25,291 nt of DNA from a bacterium. Lineage in GTDB: Bacteria > Fidelibacterota > Marinisomatia > Marinisomatales > JAHJCW01. The position numbers and the translations under genes are program-made. The notes beneath the pieces were generated by a model, which worked only from the letters and a program-made list of their open reading frames with translations, did not search any database and had not been told where the DNA came from. Position 1 is the stretch's first letter. Each line of letters begins with the position of its first letter. The stretch spans positions 1 through 25,291 of the forward strand of contig JAHJCW010000097.1 in NCBI GenBank assembly GCA_018812885.1, read 5' to 3'. This document shows, one piece after another, positions 15,559-25,291 of this stretch.

Positions 15559-17004
15559 ATGTTGCTAAATAAAATAGTAAAACAGGTTGTTTCTGCCGAT
15601 GAACAAATTCCCAATATTCACGTTAATGGATTATCTCTAGATTCGAGAACTATTATAAAAGGCAATCTATTTGTAGCAATTCCCGGAACTAATCTTGACG
15701 GACATGATTACATCCAACAAGCTATTAAAAATGGTGCTGTTGCCGTTATTACAAATGGGAGAGATGTTGGTAAACTATCTATTCCACAAATAAAAGTTGC
15801 AAATCCACGACGAGCTGCTTCGATAATTGCGGCAGATTATTATGGTCATCCGACTCGACAATTAACTGTTATCGGAATAACAGGCACTAATGGAAAAACA
15901 ACAACTGCATCATTGATTCGTTCAATATTTTCAACAGCCGGTATCAAAATCGCCCAAATGGGAACATTCGGTTTAATAGCCGAAGGATTCACAACTAAAA
16001 GAGATTTAACTACCGCTGACCCGATTACTTTACATAAACAATTTTCCGAATTATTGAAAACCAACTTTACGCATGTTGTGATGGAGGTATCATCACATGC
16101 GTTAGATCAATATCGCGTGGCAGATATTGATTTTGACTACGGTGTTTTTACTAATCTCACACTGGAACATTTAGATTATCACAAAACCATTGAAGATTAT
16201 TATTATGCTAAATCAAAATTATTCAAGATGTTACCTATAACAAGTACAGCTATTTTAAATATAGATGATAATTATGGCAAGAGATTAGAAAATGAATGCA
16301 ATGTACCAGTTATCGCAATTTCTCAAGAGCAAAAAAGAGACATTTATTTCGAATCGCATCATATTTCTTTAAATGGCATAAAAGGTGTTATTCATGCTGC
16401 AAACCAAACTTACAACATCGAATCATCATTAATAGGAAAATTTAATTTAGATAATATTTTAGCGGCAGTAGCAGTTGCACATTCTGCAAACATTGCAAAG
16501 AACGATATTATTAACGGTATTGCATTATGCAAAAGTGTTCCGGGAAGGATGGAGGCTTTTAGAACGCAAAGAGATGGTTTAGTAATTATTGATTACGCTC
16601 ATACTCCCGATGCCTACGAAAAAGTCTTAAGTACGATTCGTGAACTCACTAACAAAAATTCAACAATAACAATAGTATTCGGTGCAGGTGGCAATCGCGA
16701 CAAAACAAAAAGACCAGTAATGGGTTCCATTGCTGAAAAATATGCCGACAAATGCTTTATCGTGCCCGACAATCCTAGATATGAATTTGTTGATGATATT
16801 AATAAACAAATTATTAGCGGTTTCCAAAATAATAACTATGAAGTTTTTAAAGAACGTGGTAATGCTGTCCGTAGAGGTTTAGAAACATTAGAAAATAATG
16901 ATGTTTTGGTAATATTAGGCAAAGGTCGTGAAGAATATCAGGATGTGGATGGTAAAAAACTATTTTATTCCGATATAAATATCATCGAGGAATTTTTAAA
17001 ATGA
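15559..17004 (+). CDS. murE: MurE ligase, probably meso-diaminopimelate-adding
   Basis: [51 protein letters not shown], and DNPR (the established meso-DAP specificity motif). Confidence 0.96.
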   Translation: MLLNKIVKQVVSADEQIPNIHVNGLSLDSRTIIKGNLFVAIPGTNLDGHDYIQQAIKNGAVAVITNGRDVGKLSIPQIKVANPRRAASIIAADYYGHPTRQLTVIGITGTNGKTTTASLIRSIFSTAGIKIAQMGTFGLIAEGFTTKRDLTTADPITLHKQFSELLKTNFTHVVMEVSSHALDQYRVADIDFDYGVFTNLTLEHLDYHKTIEDYYYAKSKLFKMLPITSTAILNIDDNYGKRLENECNVPVIAISQEQKRDIYFESHHISLNGIKGVIHAANQTYNIESSLIGKFNLDNILAAVAVAHSANIAKNDIINGIALCKSVPGRMEAFRTQRDGLVIIDYAHTPDAYEKVLSTIRELTNKNSTITIVFGAGGNRDKTKRPVMGSIAEKYADKCFIVPDNPRYEFVDDINKQIISGFQNNNYEVFKERGNAVRRGLETLENNDVLVILGKGREEYQDVDGKKLFYSDINIIEEFLK

Positions 17005-18344
17005 GAATCTCTCTACCCGAACCAAGGCGATTCTCTAAAGTGTTTAAGACTATCACAGGCAGATCATTTGTATTGCCAATATCAGGTATCAGCACAGACA
17101 GCAGAGAATGTATTGACGGTGATTTATATATATCAATTAAAGGTGAGAATGTAGATGGCCATCAGTTTCTTAAAGATGCACAAAGCAACGGGGCAATTGC
17201 AGCACTAGTGGTTGAATCCAATAACGTAATTAAAGATATGCAACAAATTGTAGTAGAAAATTCCGTAAATACTATTGGTATAGTTGCCAATGCATGGCGA
17301 AAAAAATTTAATATACCTGTTATCGGAATAACCGGTTCGAATGGCAAAACTACAACCAAAGAATTAGTGAAACATTTTCTTGATTCAAAATATAATGTTC
17401 ATGCTACAAAAGGAAATTATAACACTTCAATTGGTGTACCATTAACACTATTACAATTGCAAGGAAACCATAATTTTAGCATCGTAGAAATGGGTGCAAA
17501 TCAACTCGGTGATATAAAGACACTTTGTCAAATAGTTGAACCTACGGATGGTCTTATCACAAACATCGCACCTGCTCATTTAGAAGGTTTTGGCTCCATT
17601 GAAAAAATTGCACAGGAAAAATCAGAATTATTTACGTATTTAACTAAGGGCATTGCTTTTAAAAATATTTCAGATGAATGGATCAATACTTTTACAACCA
17701 ACGCAAATTCAATAACATACGGCTGTACCACCGAGTGTGATTATAGCGCAGATTATTATCGGGAAACCGACGGAAATATCATTTTAACAATAAATGCTAA
17801 TGAAATAAATACAAATTCACAAAACATGGTATTTGCTAAAAATATTTTAGCCGCATCAGCTGTTGCGAGGTCATTTGGAATCGAATGGACTGAGATACAG
17901 AATAGAGTTTTATCATTTTCTCCGACCTATGGCAGAGGTGTTATTAGAAGGTATGATTCTATCACTGTAATAGATGATACCTATAATGCAAATTATAATT
18001 CCACATTAGCGGCAATTGAACACTTTGCTCAATATCCAACAAAAGGAAGACGAATATTTGTATTTGGAGACATGGGAGAGTTGGGCGACTCTTCGAAAAA
18101 GTATCATGAGAAAATCGGTGAAAAATGTCTTGAAAATAATTTAGATGCAGTTTTTACGGTTGGTACTCAAACTGTAATAACTGATAGAGTTTTGGATTCA
18201 TTAAAATATCATAAACATTTTGATAATAAAGAACAATTATCAAACGAATTGATCAATTTCGTACAAAATGAAGATATTGTTTTATTTAAAGGATCACGCA
18301 GTATGGAAATGGAAAAAGTAATTCGCGAGGTTTTCAAAAGCTGA
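17001..18344 (+). CDS. murF: UDP-MurNAc-tripeptide--D-Ala-D-Ala ligase MurF
   Basis: [43 protein letters not shown] and KGSR. Confidence 0.96.
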   Translation: MRISLPEPRRFSKVFKTITGRSFVLPISGISTDSRECIDGDLYISIKGENVDGHQFLKDAQSNGAIAALVVESNNVIKDMQQIVVENSVNTIGIVANAWRKKFNIPVIGITGSNGKTTTKELVKHFLDSKYNVHATKGNYNTSIGVPLTLLQLQGNHNFSIVEMGANQLGDIKTLCQIVEPTDGLITNIAPAHLEGFGSIEKIAQEKSELFTYLTKGIAFKNISDEWINTFTTNANSITYGCTTECDYSADYYRETDGNIILTINANEINTNSQNMVFAKNILAASAVARSFGIEWTEIQNRVLSFSPTYGRGVIRRYDSITVIDDTYNANYNSTLAAIEHFAQYPTKGRRIFVFGDMGELGDSSKKYHEKIGEKCLENNLDAVFTVGTQTVITDRVLDSLKYHKHFDNKEQLSNELINFVQNEDIVLFKGSRSMEMEKVIREVFKS

Positions 18345-19447
18345 TGTTATATCACTTGCTATTTCCACTATCTAATGTATGGTCGCCATTTAATCTGTTT
18401 CAATATATAACATTCAGAGCGGTAATGGCGTCGATATTTGCTTTGCTAATAAGTTTCCTCATCGGTCCTTGGGTTATTCGTCAATTGACTCACCATCAAA
18501 TCGGCGAACAGATACGATCCACAGGGCCACAATCTCACCACATAAAAAAGGGCACGCCAACAATGGGAGGCGTAATGGTTCTCACCGCCATACTCCTCCC
18601 AACCCTCCTTTTTGCCCAATTGAATAATGTTTATATACAAATAATTATTATAGCCACCTTATGGATGGGATTATTTGGATTTATAGACGACTACTTAAAA
18701 GTGATCAAGAAAAAAGAGTCAGGATTAATTGCACGATATAAACTGGCAGGTCAAATTACTCTTGGGATTATAATCAGTGCTTGGATGTATTTCCGCCCCG
18801 AATTTGCCGAGCTATGGAGTTATACATCTGTCCCATTTTTTAAAGATACAGTTTTAAGTTTGGGTTGGTTTTATCCAATTATGATTATTTTAGTTATTAC
18901 AGGATTCTCAAATGCCGTTAATTTAACAGATGGTTTGGATGGACTTGCATCCGGTTTACTTGCTATATCGTTTGCTGTATTTACCGGTATTGCTTATGTA
19001 TCGGGACGTGTTGACTTTTCCAATTATTTAAATATCGAATATCTTCCCGGTGCCGGAGAATTGACAATATTCGCAGCGGCTACAGTTGGTGCTTGTGTAG
19101 GATTTTTATGGTTTAACTCTGCTCCTGCCTCAGTTTTTATGGGAGACGTTGGCTCACTTTCTACCGGTTCTGCTCTTGGGACAATGGCTGTCTTGCTGAA
19201 AAAAGAACTTCTACTATTTATTATCGGCGGAGTATTTGTCATAGAAGCGCTATCAGTTTTATCACAATGGGGTTATTTCCGATATACTAAAAACAAAACC
19301 GGCAAAGGAAAACGTCTATGGAAAATGGCTCCGATACATCATCATTATGAATTGAAGGGATGGACAGAGACTAAGGTCGTCATACGATTTTGGATAATAG
19401 GATTATTGTTTGCTTTATTTTCACTAACGACGTTCAAGATTCGATGA
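18344..19447 (+). CDS. mraY: Phospho-N-acetylmuramoyl-pentapeptide transferase MraY
   Basis: KKGTPTMGG, DDYLK, NAVNLTDGLDGLA, FMGDVGS and MAPIHHHYELKGW. Confidence 0.98.
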   Translation: MLYHLLFPLSNVWSPFNLFQYITFRAVMASIFALLISFLIGPWVIRQLTHHQIGEQIRSTGPQSHHIKKGTPTMGGVMVLTAILLPTLLFAQLNNVYIQIIIIATLWMGLFGFIDDYLKVIKKKESGLIARYKLAGQITLGIIISAWMYFRPEFAELWSYTSVPFFKDTVLSLGWFYPIMIILVITGFSNAVNLTDGLDGLASGLLAISFAVFTGIAYVSGRVDFSNYLNIEYLPGAGELTIFAAATVGACVGFLWFNSAPASVFMGDVGSLSTGSALGTMAVLLKKELLLFIIGGVFVIEALSVLSQWGYFRYTKNKTGKGKRLWKMAPIHHHYELKGWTETKVVIRFWIIGLLFALFSLTTFKIR

Positions 19448-20817
19448 ATAAGATAGAAAAAAATATTAATGGAATAAAAAATTTATCAATTTCCGTAATT
19501 GGATTAGGTCGAAGCGGTGTCGCAATAGCACGCTTAGCAAATTATTTAGGTTCAAAAGTATTTATTAGCGATAATTCATCATCGGATTCGATAAAGGTAA
19601 ATTTGCACTCTTTAGAATCCATGGGAATCAAAGGTGAAATAGGTGGTTGTAGTGATAAGATTTATACTTGCGACTTAATGGTTATATCACCAGGGATTCC
19701 CGCTGATTCACCTATAATTATAGAGTCGCAAAAAAGAGGAATCAGGATTATTGGTGAAATTGAATTCGCTAGTTTATTCACCAATTCACCCATAATTGGA
19801 GTTACTGGCTCAAACGGAAAATCTACAACTGTACATGCACTTTTTGAAATGTGTCAATCTGAGGATATTCATGGAGTTTTAGCAGGTAATATTGGATTGG
19901 CTTTCTCAGATAAGGTTCTAGAAGAATTGCATAATCCAGACCCTAAAAGAGTATATATACTTGAAATTTCAAGTTTTCAGATGGAATTCATTGAGAATTT
20001 TCATCCGCATATATCAATTTTTCTGAATATTTCACCCGATCATTTGGATCGACATAAAACTTTTAAAAATTATTTAAACGCCAAGCTTCGCTTAGCTGAA
20101 AATCAGACAGAAAACGACTGTGTTATTTATAATGCTGATGATAAGATTTTAATAAAAGCTCTAAAAACACATACTGCAAAAAAAATAACATTTAGTCCCA
20201 ATTATTCTGAGAACAGTATTTACAGTATTAATAATTCAAATATCATTAACAAAGAGTGCGCCAAACTCACACATCTCAAGAACATTGGGTTGCCCGGGCA
20301 GCATAATATTTATAACCTCCTTGCAGCTGCTTCGGGCGCCCATTGCTTGGGTATTTCAGACATCAAGATTGCTGAAGTCATGCAATCCTTTAAAGGGATA
20401 CCGCATAGACTAGAAAGCATTACAAAAATAGATGGTATTGAATATATAAATGATTCAAAAGCTACAAATATTGACGCAGTAAAGGTTGCGATTAAGAGTT
20501 ATGAAAAACCCATTATTTTGATATTAGGCGGTCTGGCAAAAGGTAACGATTTCGCCGAATTATTGCAGTATAAAAATAAAATTAAATATATTATTGCTTA
20601 CGGAACTGCCAAAGAAATGATCTATAAAGAACTATCCTCCACATTTGAAGTCAGTAAGATAGAATTATTACAAGATGCGGTAAAATTAAGCTACCATAAA
20701 GCTGATAATGGCGAAATAGTATTATTATCTCCCGGATGTGCTAGTTTTGATCAATTTAAAAATTTTGAAGATCGTGGAATCAAATTCACCCAATGGGTGA
20801 GAGAATTGGAAAAATGA
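19444..20817 (+). CDS. murD: UDP-MurNAc-L-Ala--D-Glu ligase MurD
   Basis: GLGRSG, SPGIP, GSNGKST, EISSFQ, DHLDRH, HRLE, NDSKATN and LSPGCASFDQF. The start was set at ATG 19444 (ATGA overlap with the mraY stop) rather than 19390. Confidence 0.96.
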   Translation: MNKIEKNINGIKNLSISVIGLGRSGVAIARLANYLGSKVFISDNSSSDSIKVNLHSLESMGIKGEIGGCSDKIYTCDLMVISPGIPADSPIIIESQKRGIRIIGEIEFASLFTNSPIIGVTGSNGKSTTVHALFEMCQSEDIHGVLAGNIGLAFSDKVLEELHNPDPKRVYILEISSFQMEFIENFHPHISIFLNISPDHLDRHKTFKNYLNAKLRLAENQTENDCVIYNADDKILIKALKTHTAKKITFSPNYSENSIYSINNSNIINKECAKLTHLKNIGLPGQHNIYNLLAAASGAHCLGISDIKIAEVMQSFKGIPHRLESITKIDGIEYINDSKATNIDAVKVAIKSYEKPIILILGGLAKGNDFAELLQYKNKIKYIIAYGTAKEMIYKELSSTFEVSKIELLQDAVKLSYHKADNGEIVLLSPGCASFDQFKNFEDRGIKFTQWVRELEK

Positions 20818-21968
20818 GGCAATTAGAAATTTCCAAAAAAAGATTTGATCAACCTCTACTATGGTTAGTAATCGCATTAATTGTGATTGGTACCGTTATG
20901 CTGTATAGCTCAAGCACAGCAGTTTCGTTAGCCAAAACAAAAGGTCAGACCGATACATATTTTATCGTAGCACATTTAATACGGGTATTGATAGGTCTCT
21001 TGGCATTAGGATTTTTTATGTTTTTCGATTATCGTAGACTAAAATCCATAGCACCATTTCTAATAGTTATCACTGTAACGTTATTGGTTTATACCAAAGG
21101 TTGGTATCTAATTAAAGGTATCCCCTCGCCGGGGCGATGGCTATATTTGGGGACATATTCGTTACAAACTTCCGATATTGCCCGCATTGCATTGATAATA
21201 TATCTTGCGGCATTCATGGCAAAAAAGAAGAATCAGATTCATGATTTTTATTCAGGATTCTTTCCACCGTTATTAGTAATGACAATTATAATAGGGCTTA
21301 TTATCCTTCAACCTGATTTTAGCACAGGTATTATGCTTTGCATCATTGGAGCAATGATGTTGTTCATAGGAGGAGCACGTTTTATTCAGCTTACAGCGGC
21401 AGGTGCAGCTGCTGTTCTAATAACGATTCCGCTGATGTTATCAGTATCATATAGTAGATTGCGTATTTTGACATGGTTAGGTGGTAATGAAGATGTTGTT
21501 GATGCCGGTTATCAAATTACACAATCATTAATAAGCCTTGGTAACGGCGGGGTTTTTGGAATGGGGCTTGGTAACAGTATTGCAAAAAATCAATTTTTAC
21601 CAACTCCGCATACAGATTTTATATTAGCTATAATTGGTGAAGAAACAGGTTTGGTTGGAACGCTAATTCTGCTCACAATATTTTTAGCAATTTTTCAACG
21701 AGGTATAAAAATTGCTAAGGAATCAAATGATTCTTTCGGGGTGCTTCTTGCACTCGGGTTATCATTCAGTATCATTTTATATGCATTCGTTAATGCCGCT
21801 GTTGTAACAAATATTTTCCCTGTTACCGGCCTTCCATTGCCCCTAATCAGCTACGGGGGTTCAAGTGTTCTAACCAATCTGATTGCACTCGGTATTTTAC
21901 TGAATATCAGTCAATCTAAACGATCTTTAACTCACGATCAGGTCTGGAAACCCGGCTATAATGGATAA
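20814..21968 (+). CDS. ftsW: SEDS peptidoglycan polymerase FtsW
   Basis: Multi-TM protein with RW...LQTSD, LQPDFST, GYQITQSLISLGNGG, LPTPHTDFI and PLISYGGSS. The start was set at ATG 20814 (ATGA overlap with the murD stop) rather than 20793. Confidence 0.95.
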   Translation: MRQLEISKKRFDQPLLWLVIALIVIGTVMLYSSSTAVSLAKTKGQTDTYFIVAHLIRVLIGLLALGFFMFFDYRRLKSIAPFLIVITVTLLVYTKGWYLIKGIPSPGRWLYLGTYSLQTSDIARIALIIYLAAFMAKKKNQIHDFYSGFFPPLLVMTIIIGLIILQPDFSTGIMLCIIGAMMLFIGGARFIQLTAAGAAAVLITIPLMLSVSYSRLRILTWLGGNEDVVDAGYQITQSLISLGNGGVFGMGLGNSIAKNQFLPTPHTDFILAIIGEETGLVGTLILLTIFLAIFQRGIKIAKESNDSFGVLLALGLSFSIILYAFVNAAVVTNIFPVTGLPLPLISYGGSSVLTNLIALGILLNISQSKRSLTHDQVWKPGYNG

Positions 21969-23061
21969 ACAACTTACAGTTCTAATTGCCGGTGGCGGTA
22001 CTGGTGGGCATTTGTATCCGGCTATAGCAATTGGTGAATCAATGCAAATAAGATATCCCAATGTCAGAGTTCATTATATGGGTTCAAAATTTGGAATAGA
22101 ATCATCAGTTTTACCAGTAAAATCTCTTCCACATACATTATTGCCGATACGCGGGTTACAACGTGGATATAGTTTGCAATCATTTTCAAGAAATGTTTTA
22201 CTACCATGGCGCTTGTATCATTCAATGAGGATTGCTAAAAAAACCATTAAACATCTTGAACCTGATATAATCGTTGGAACAGGTGGCTACGCAAGTGCAA
22301 TTCCATTAAAAATAGCTGTAAAAAGGAAAATTCCGATTGTATTACAAGAGCAAAATTCATATCCCGGAATAACAACTACATATTTTGCTAAGGAAGCAAA
22401 GCGAATTTGTATCGCCTTTGAAGCGGCAAAGGACGAATTATGTGGTAATACTATTTTAACCGGTAACCCAATCCGTGCAAATATATTAAATGGAGACAGA
22501 AATAAAGGCGGCTTATCATTTGATCTAAATCCCAACCAAAAAACAATATTTTTATTCGGAGGAAGTCAGGGCTCGGCTTTTTTAAACAAAATTATGAATG
22601 ATTGTGTTTCAATGTTTGGTTCAGAAAAAATACAAATTCTATGGCAAACCGGACAGAATCAATATAAGCAGTTTAGACATTTAGACTCATCACTTGTAAA
22701 GGTTCGGTCATTTATTCACAATATGCCGGAAGCCTATGCAATATCAGATTTAATCATTTCACGAGCAGGTGCATTGACTTTATCAGAGATAACCGCCTGC
22801 GGTAAACCAAGCATTTTGGTACCTTTCCCCCACTCAGCTGGTGATCATCAGACTAAAAATGCAGAATCTGTCGTAAAAGCACAAGCTGCAATATTAATAC
22901 CTGAAAAGGAAATGACAGCTCGGAAACTATTTCGATCCGCTATCGGCATTTTATATGACGACAATAAATTAGAAAGCATGTCAAACAATGCGAGAAAAAT
23001 CGGTATTCCGGATGCTACAAATAAAATAATTGATCAAATTTTAGAGGTAGTAAAAAGCTAA
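21961..23061 (+). CDS. murG: Lipid II GlcNAc transferase MurG
   Basis: GGGTGGHLYP, GTGGYAS, QEQNSYPG, GNPIR, GGSQGS, RAGALT and HQTKNA. Confidence 0.98.
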   Translation: MDKQLTVLIAGGGTGGHLYPAIAIGESMQIRYPNVRVHYMGSKFGIESSVLPVKSLPHTLLPIRGLQRGYSLQSFSRNVLLPWRLYHSMRIAKKTIKHLEPDIIVGTGGYASAIPLKIAVKRKIPIVLQEQNSYPGITTTYFAKEAKRICIAFEAAKDELCGNTILTGNPIRANILNGDRNKGGLSFDLNPNQKTIFLFGGSQGSAFLNKIMNDCVSMFGSEKIQILWQTGQNQYKQFRHLDSSLVKVRSFIHNMPEAYAISDLIISRAGALTLSEITACGKPSILVPFPHSAGDHQTKNAESVVKAQAAILIPEKEMTARKLFRSAIGILYDDNKLESMSNNARKIGIPDATNKIIDQILEVVKS

Positions 23062-24452
23062 TGTTCAGAAAAGTTAAAAAAATCCATTTTGTAGGAATTG
23101 GCGGAATAGGTATGAGCGGAATCGCTGAATTACTACTGAACCTAGATTTCAAGATCAGTGGTTCAGATATTCAAGATTCCGAAATAATACAAAATCTTAT
23201 TACGAAAGGTGCAACAATATATACCGATGGTCACAAAGCTGAAAATGTTGGTGACAGCGAAGTATTGGTCTATTCAAGCGCTGTTAGAAAAAACAATCCG
23301 GAAATACTTGAGGCAAAAGATAAGGGAATTCCAGTCATTCGGCGTGCCGAAATGCTTGGAGAACTTATTGCAGTTAAGGAAACATCTATCGCTGTAAGCG
23401 GTACGCATGGCAAAACATCTACCTGTTCAATGGTAGGTAGCTTACTAGATGCTGCTGATTATGATCCAACGCTCGTAGTAGGTGGATTAGTTAAAACAAT
23501 CGGGACAAATTCATTATTGGGACAAGGGGATATAATTATAGTTGAGGCGGATGAATTTGATCGCAGTTTTCTTGCGTTGCGTCCTACAATTTCTATTGTT
23601 ACAAATATTGAACTTGAACACACTGATTGCTACGCAAATATGGAAGAATTACAAAAAGCATTCATCCAATTTTGCAATTCAGTTCCATTTTACGGAGAAG
23701 TAATTGTCTGTTTAGACTCTCCCGGTGTACGAGCAATTATTTCAGATATATATCGTCCAATAACAACCCATGGAATTTCAAGCCAAGCGGATTATCGTGC
23801 GGAAAGCATTCAATTTAAAAATAATTCGATTACCTATTCGGCATTTTATCATCATAGTAAATTGGGACAAATTAAATTAAATGTACCCGGTCACCACAAT
23901 GTACTTAATTCCTTAGCTGCCGTGGCAATTGGAATGGAAATGGAAATTCCCTTTGATATCATCAAGAAGGGATTAATTAAATATGAAGGTGTAAGACGTC
24001 GTTTTGAGATCAAGGGCGTTATTAATGATATTATGGTAGTAGATGATTATGCCCACCATCCAACAGAGGTAGCTGCTACACTTAGCGCAGCACGAAGCGG
24101 TTGGAACAGGCGAATTGTGGCAATATTTCAACCACATTTATTCACAAGAACACGTGACTTCTATCGTGAATTTGCAGAGTCATTTTTAAACAGTGATGTA
24201 TTAATTGTAACAGATATTTATCCAGCTCGCGAAGATAAAATTGAAGGGATCGACGGGAAATTAGTCGCTAAAGCAGCAAAAGATTTAGGTCATAGACATG
24301 TGCATTACATCCCTACTTTGGATGATTTAAATGAAAAATTAGATGAGCTAATTCAACCCGGGGATATGATAATCGGTATTGGTGCCGGCACAATTTGGCG
24401 CTATATCGAAAAATATTTTCAACATTTAAAAGATACTTATAAAGATAATTAA
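23061..24452 (+). CDS. murC: UDP-MurNAc--L-Ala ligase MurC
   Basis: HFVGIGGIGMSGIA, RRAEML, GTHGKTST, EADEFD, DDYAHHPTE and FQPHLFTRT. Confidence 0.98.
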   Translation: MFRKVKKIHFVGIGGIGMSGIAELLLNLDFKISGSDIQDSEIIQNLITKGATIYTDGHKAENVGDSEVLVYSSAVRKNNPEILEAKDKGIPVIRRAEMLGELIAVKETSIAVSGTHGKTSTCSMVGSLLDAADYDPTLVVGGLVKTIGTNSLLGQGDIIIVEADEFDRSFLALRPTISIVTNIELEHTDCYANMEELQKAFIQFCNSVPFYGEVIVCLDSPGVRAIISDIYRPITTHGISSQADYRAESIQFKNNSITYSAFYHHSKLGQIKLNVPGHHNVLNSLAAVAIGMEMEIPFDIIKKGLIKYEGVRRRFEIKGVINDIMVVDDYAHHPTEVAATLSAARSGWNRRIVAIFQPHLFTRTRDFYREFAESFLNSDVLIVTDIYPAREDKIEGIDGKLVAKAAKDLGHRHVHYIPTLDDLNEKLDELIQPGDMIIGIGAGTIWRYIEKYFQHLKDTYKDN

Positions 24453-24455
24453 ATA

Positions 24456-25291
24456 ATGGATTTAAACCAGTTAAAAAAAATGATTACCGGCAATATTATG
24501 GAAAAGGAGCCAATGGCGCATCATACATCGTATGGTATTGGTGGACCGGCACTAGCATATATTGAACCTAAATCCATACAAGATTTGCAAATAGTTAAAT
24601 CATTTGCTGAAAAACATCAAGCACCGGTTTATTGTGTTGGTAGTGGTTCAAATTTGCTTGTATCTGATGATGGTTTAGATGCGTTTGTTATATCCTTAGA
24701 AAAATTCTTTAAGAGTGTTTCATTTGATGAAAATAAATGCCGTGTTGGAGCCGGTGTAAAATTGTCAAAATTGGTGAAAGAATGTATTAAACAAAATTTA
24801 ATTGGACTTGAGACTCTGATCGGTATTCCGGGAACCCTAGGAGGAGCATTAATTATGAATGCCGGAGCTTTTGGAAATGAAATCTCAAATTATTTAACTA
24901 GCATAGAATTACTAAATAGCAATGGTATTATTGAGCATAAATCTGTTAATGAAATTGAATTTAGATATCGTGCATCATCTTTTAAAAAGGATGATATTAT
25001 ACTCAGCGCCGAATTTCAATTAGAAAAAGCTCCTGAATCCAAGATATTAAAAAATCGTGATGAGGCAAATCTAAAAAGAAAAAGCACACAACCGCTCAAG
25101 TTTCGTTCAGCAGGTAGCATATTTAAAAATCCAAAGGATTTTGCGGCAGGTTATTTAATTGACCAAGCCGGATTAAAAGGAAAATCAATCGGTGGGGCAA
25201 TAATTTCAGATATCCATGCAAATTTTATTATTAATCAAGGCAGCGCGAAAGCTGATGATATCGTACAGCTAATAAAAATCATACGTAATAC
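24456..25291 (+). CDS. murB: UDP-N-acetylenolpyruvoylglucosamine reductase MurB, 3'-truncated by the window edge (absent from the ORF track)
   Basis: ATG at 24456 gives MDLNQLKKMITGNIMEKEPMAHHTSYGIGGPA, then GSGSNLLV, GIPGTLGGALIMNAGAFG, SAGSIFKNP and HANFIIN. I saw no stop before the edge. Confidence 0.95.
   Translation, partial: MDLNQLKKMITGNIMEKEPMAHHTSYGIGGPALAYIEPKSIQDLQIVKSFAEKHQAPVYCVGSGSNLLVSDDGLDAFVISLEKFFKSVSFDENKCRVGAGVKLSKLVKECIKQNLIGLETLIGIPGTLGGALIMNAGAFGNEISNYLTSIELLNSNGIIEHKSVNEIEFRYRASSFKKDDIILSAEFQLEKAPESKILKNRDEANLKRKSTQPLKFRSAGSIFKNPKDFAAGYLIDQAGLKGKSIGGAIISDIHANFIINQGSAKADDIVQLIKIIRN

Noticed and set aside
19390-19443. Upstream extensions of murD (19390) and likewise ftsW (20793)
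   Set aside because: They would overlap the preceding genes by 58 and 25 nt. The ATGA-coupled starts fit the operon pattern better.
4797-23818. Remaining 60-82 aa ORFs in the track that overlap core genes
   Set aside because: All are nested in or antisense to well-supported genes and show no motifs or start signals.
11844-24460. Bacteroidetes-like absence of Shine-Dalgarno sequences in dcw genes
   Set aside because: The pattern is mixed: murF has GAGGA at 9 nt and murC and mraY have GAGGT slightly further away, so there is no clean signal.
1-25291. tRNA/rRNA genes, CRISPR arrays, IS elements, integrases, dif or DnaA-box clusters
   Set aside because: None recognised by eye. Intergenic space is minimal and no repeat-spacer pattern or terminal inverted repeats were seen. 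An Infernal/Rfam scan would be the definitive check for small RNAs.

Overview
AT-rich bacterial chromosomal window, mostly core genes. The likely origin is an FCB-superphylum lineage such as Ca. Marinimicrobia; this is inferred from the long-tailed S16 and a FlgD/T9SS-like C-terminal domain. Left to right: a 5'-truncated GT-C membrane glycosyltransferase; a frameshift-split fucose/arabinose-isomerase-like gene coupled to a dimethylargininase; a convergent MFS transporter; the minus-strand ffh-rpsP-khpA-rimM-trmD-rplS operon with an intrinsic terminator; a divergent secreted protein with plant-type 24-aa LRRs; rodZ; and a very compact dcw cluster (mraZ-rsmH-ftsL-ftsI-murE-murF-mraY-murD-ftsW-murG-murC-murB, the last cut by the window edge). 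The dcw cluster has a consensus sigma70 promoter and MraZ boxes. I found no RNA genes, mobile elements or CRISPR arrays, and I cannot support a wholly new system. The best leads are the LRR protein architecture, an exact inverted MraZ box upstream of the dcw promoter, the split isomerase-like/DDAH pair and the 154-aa charged tail on S16.
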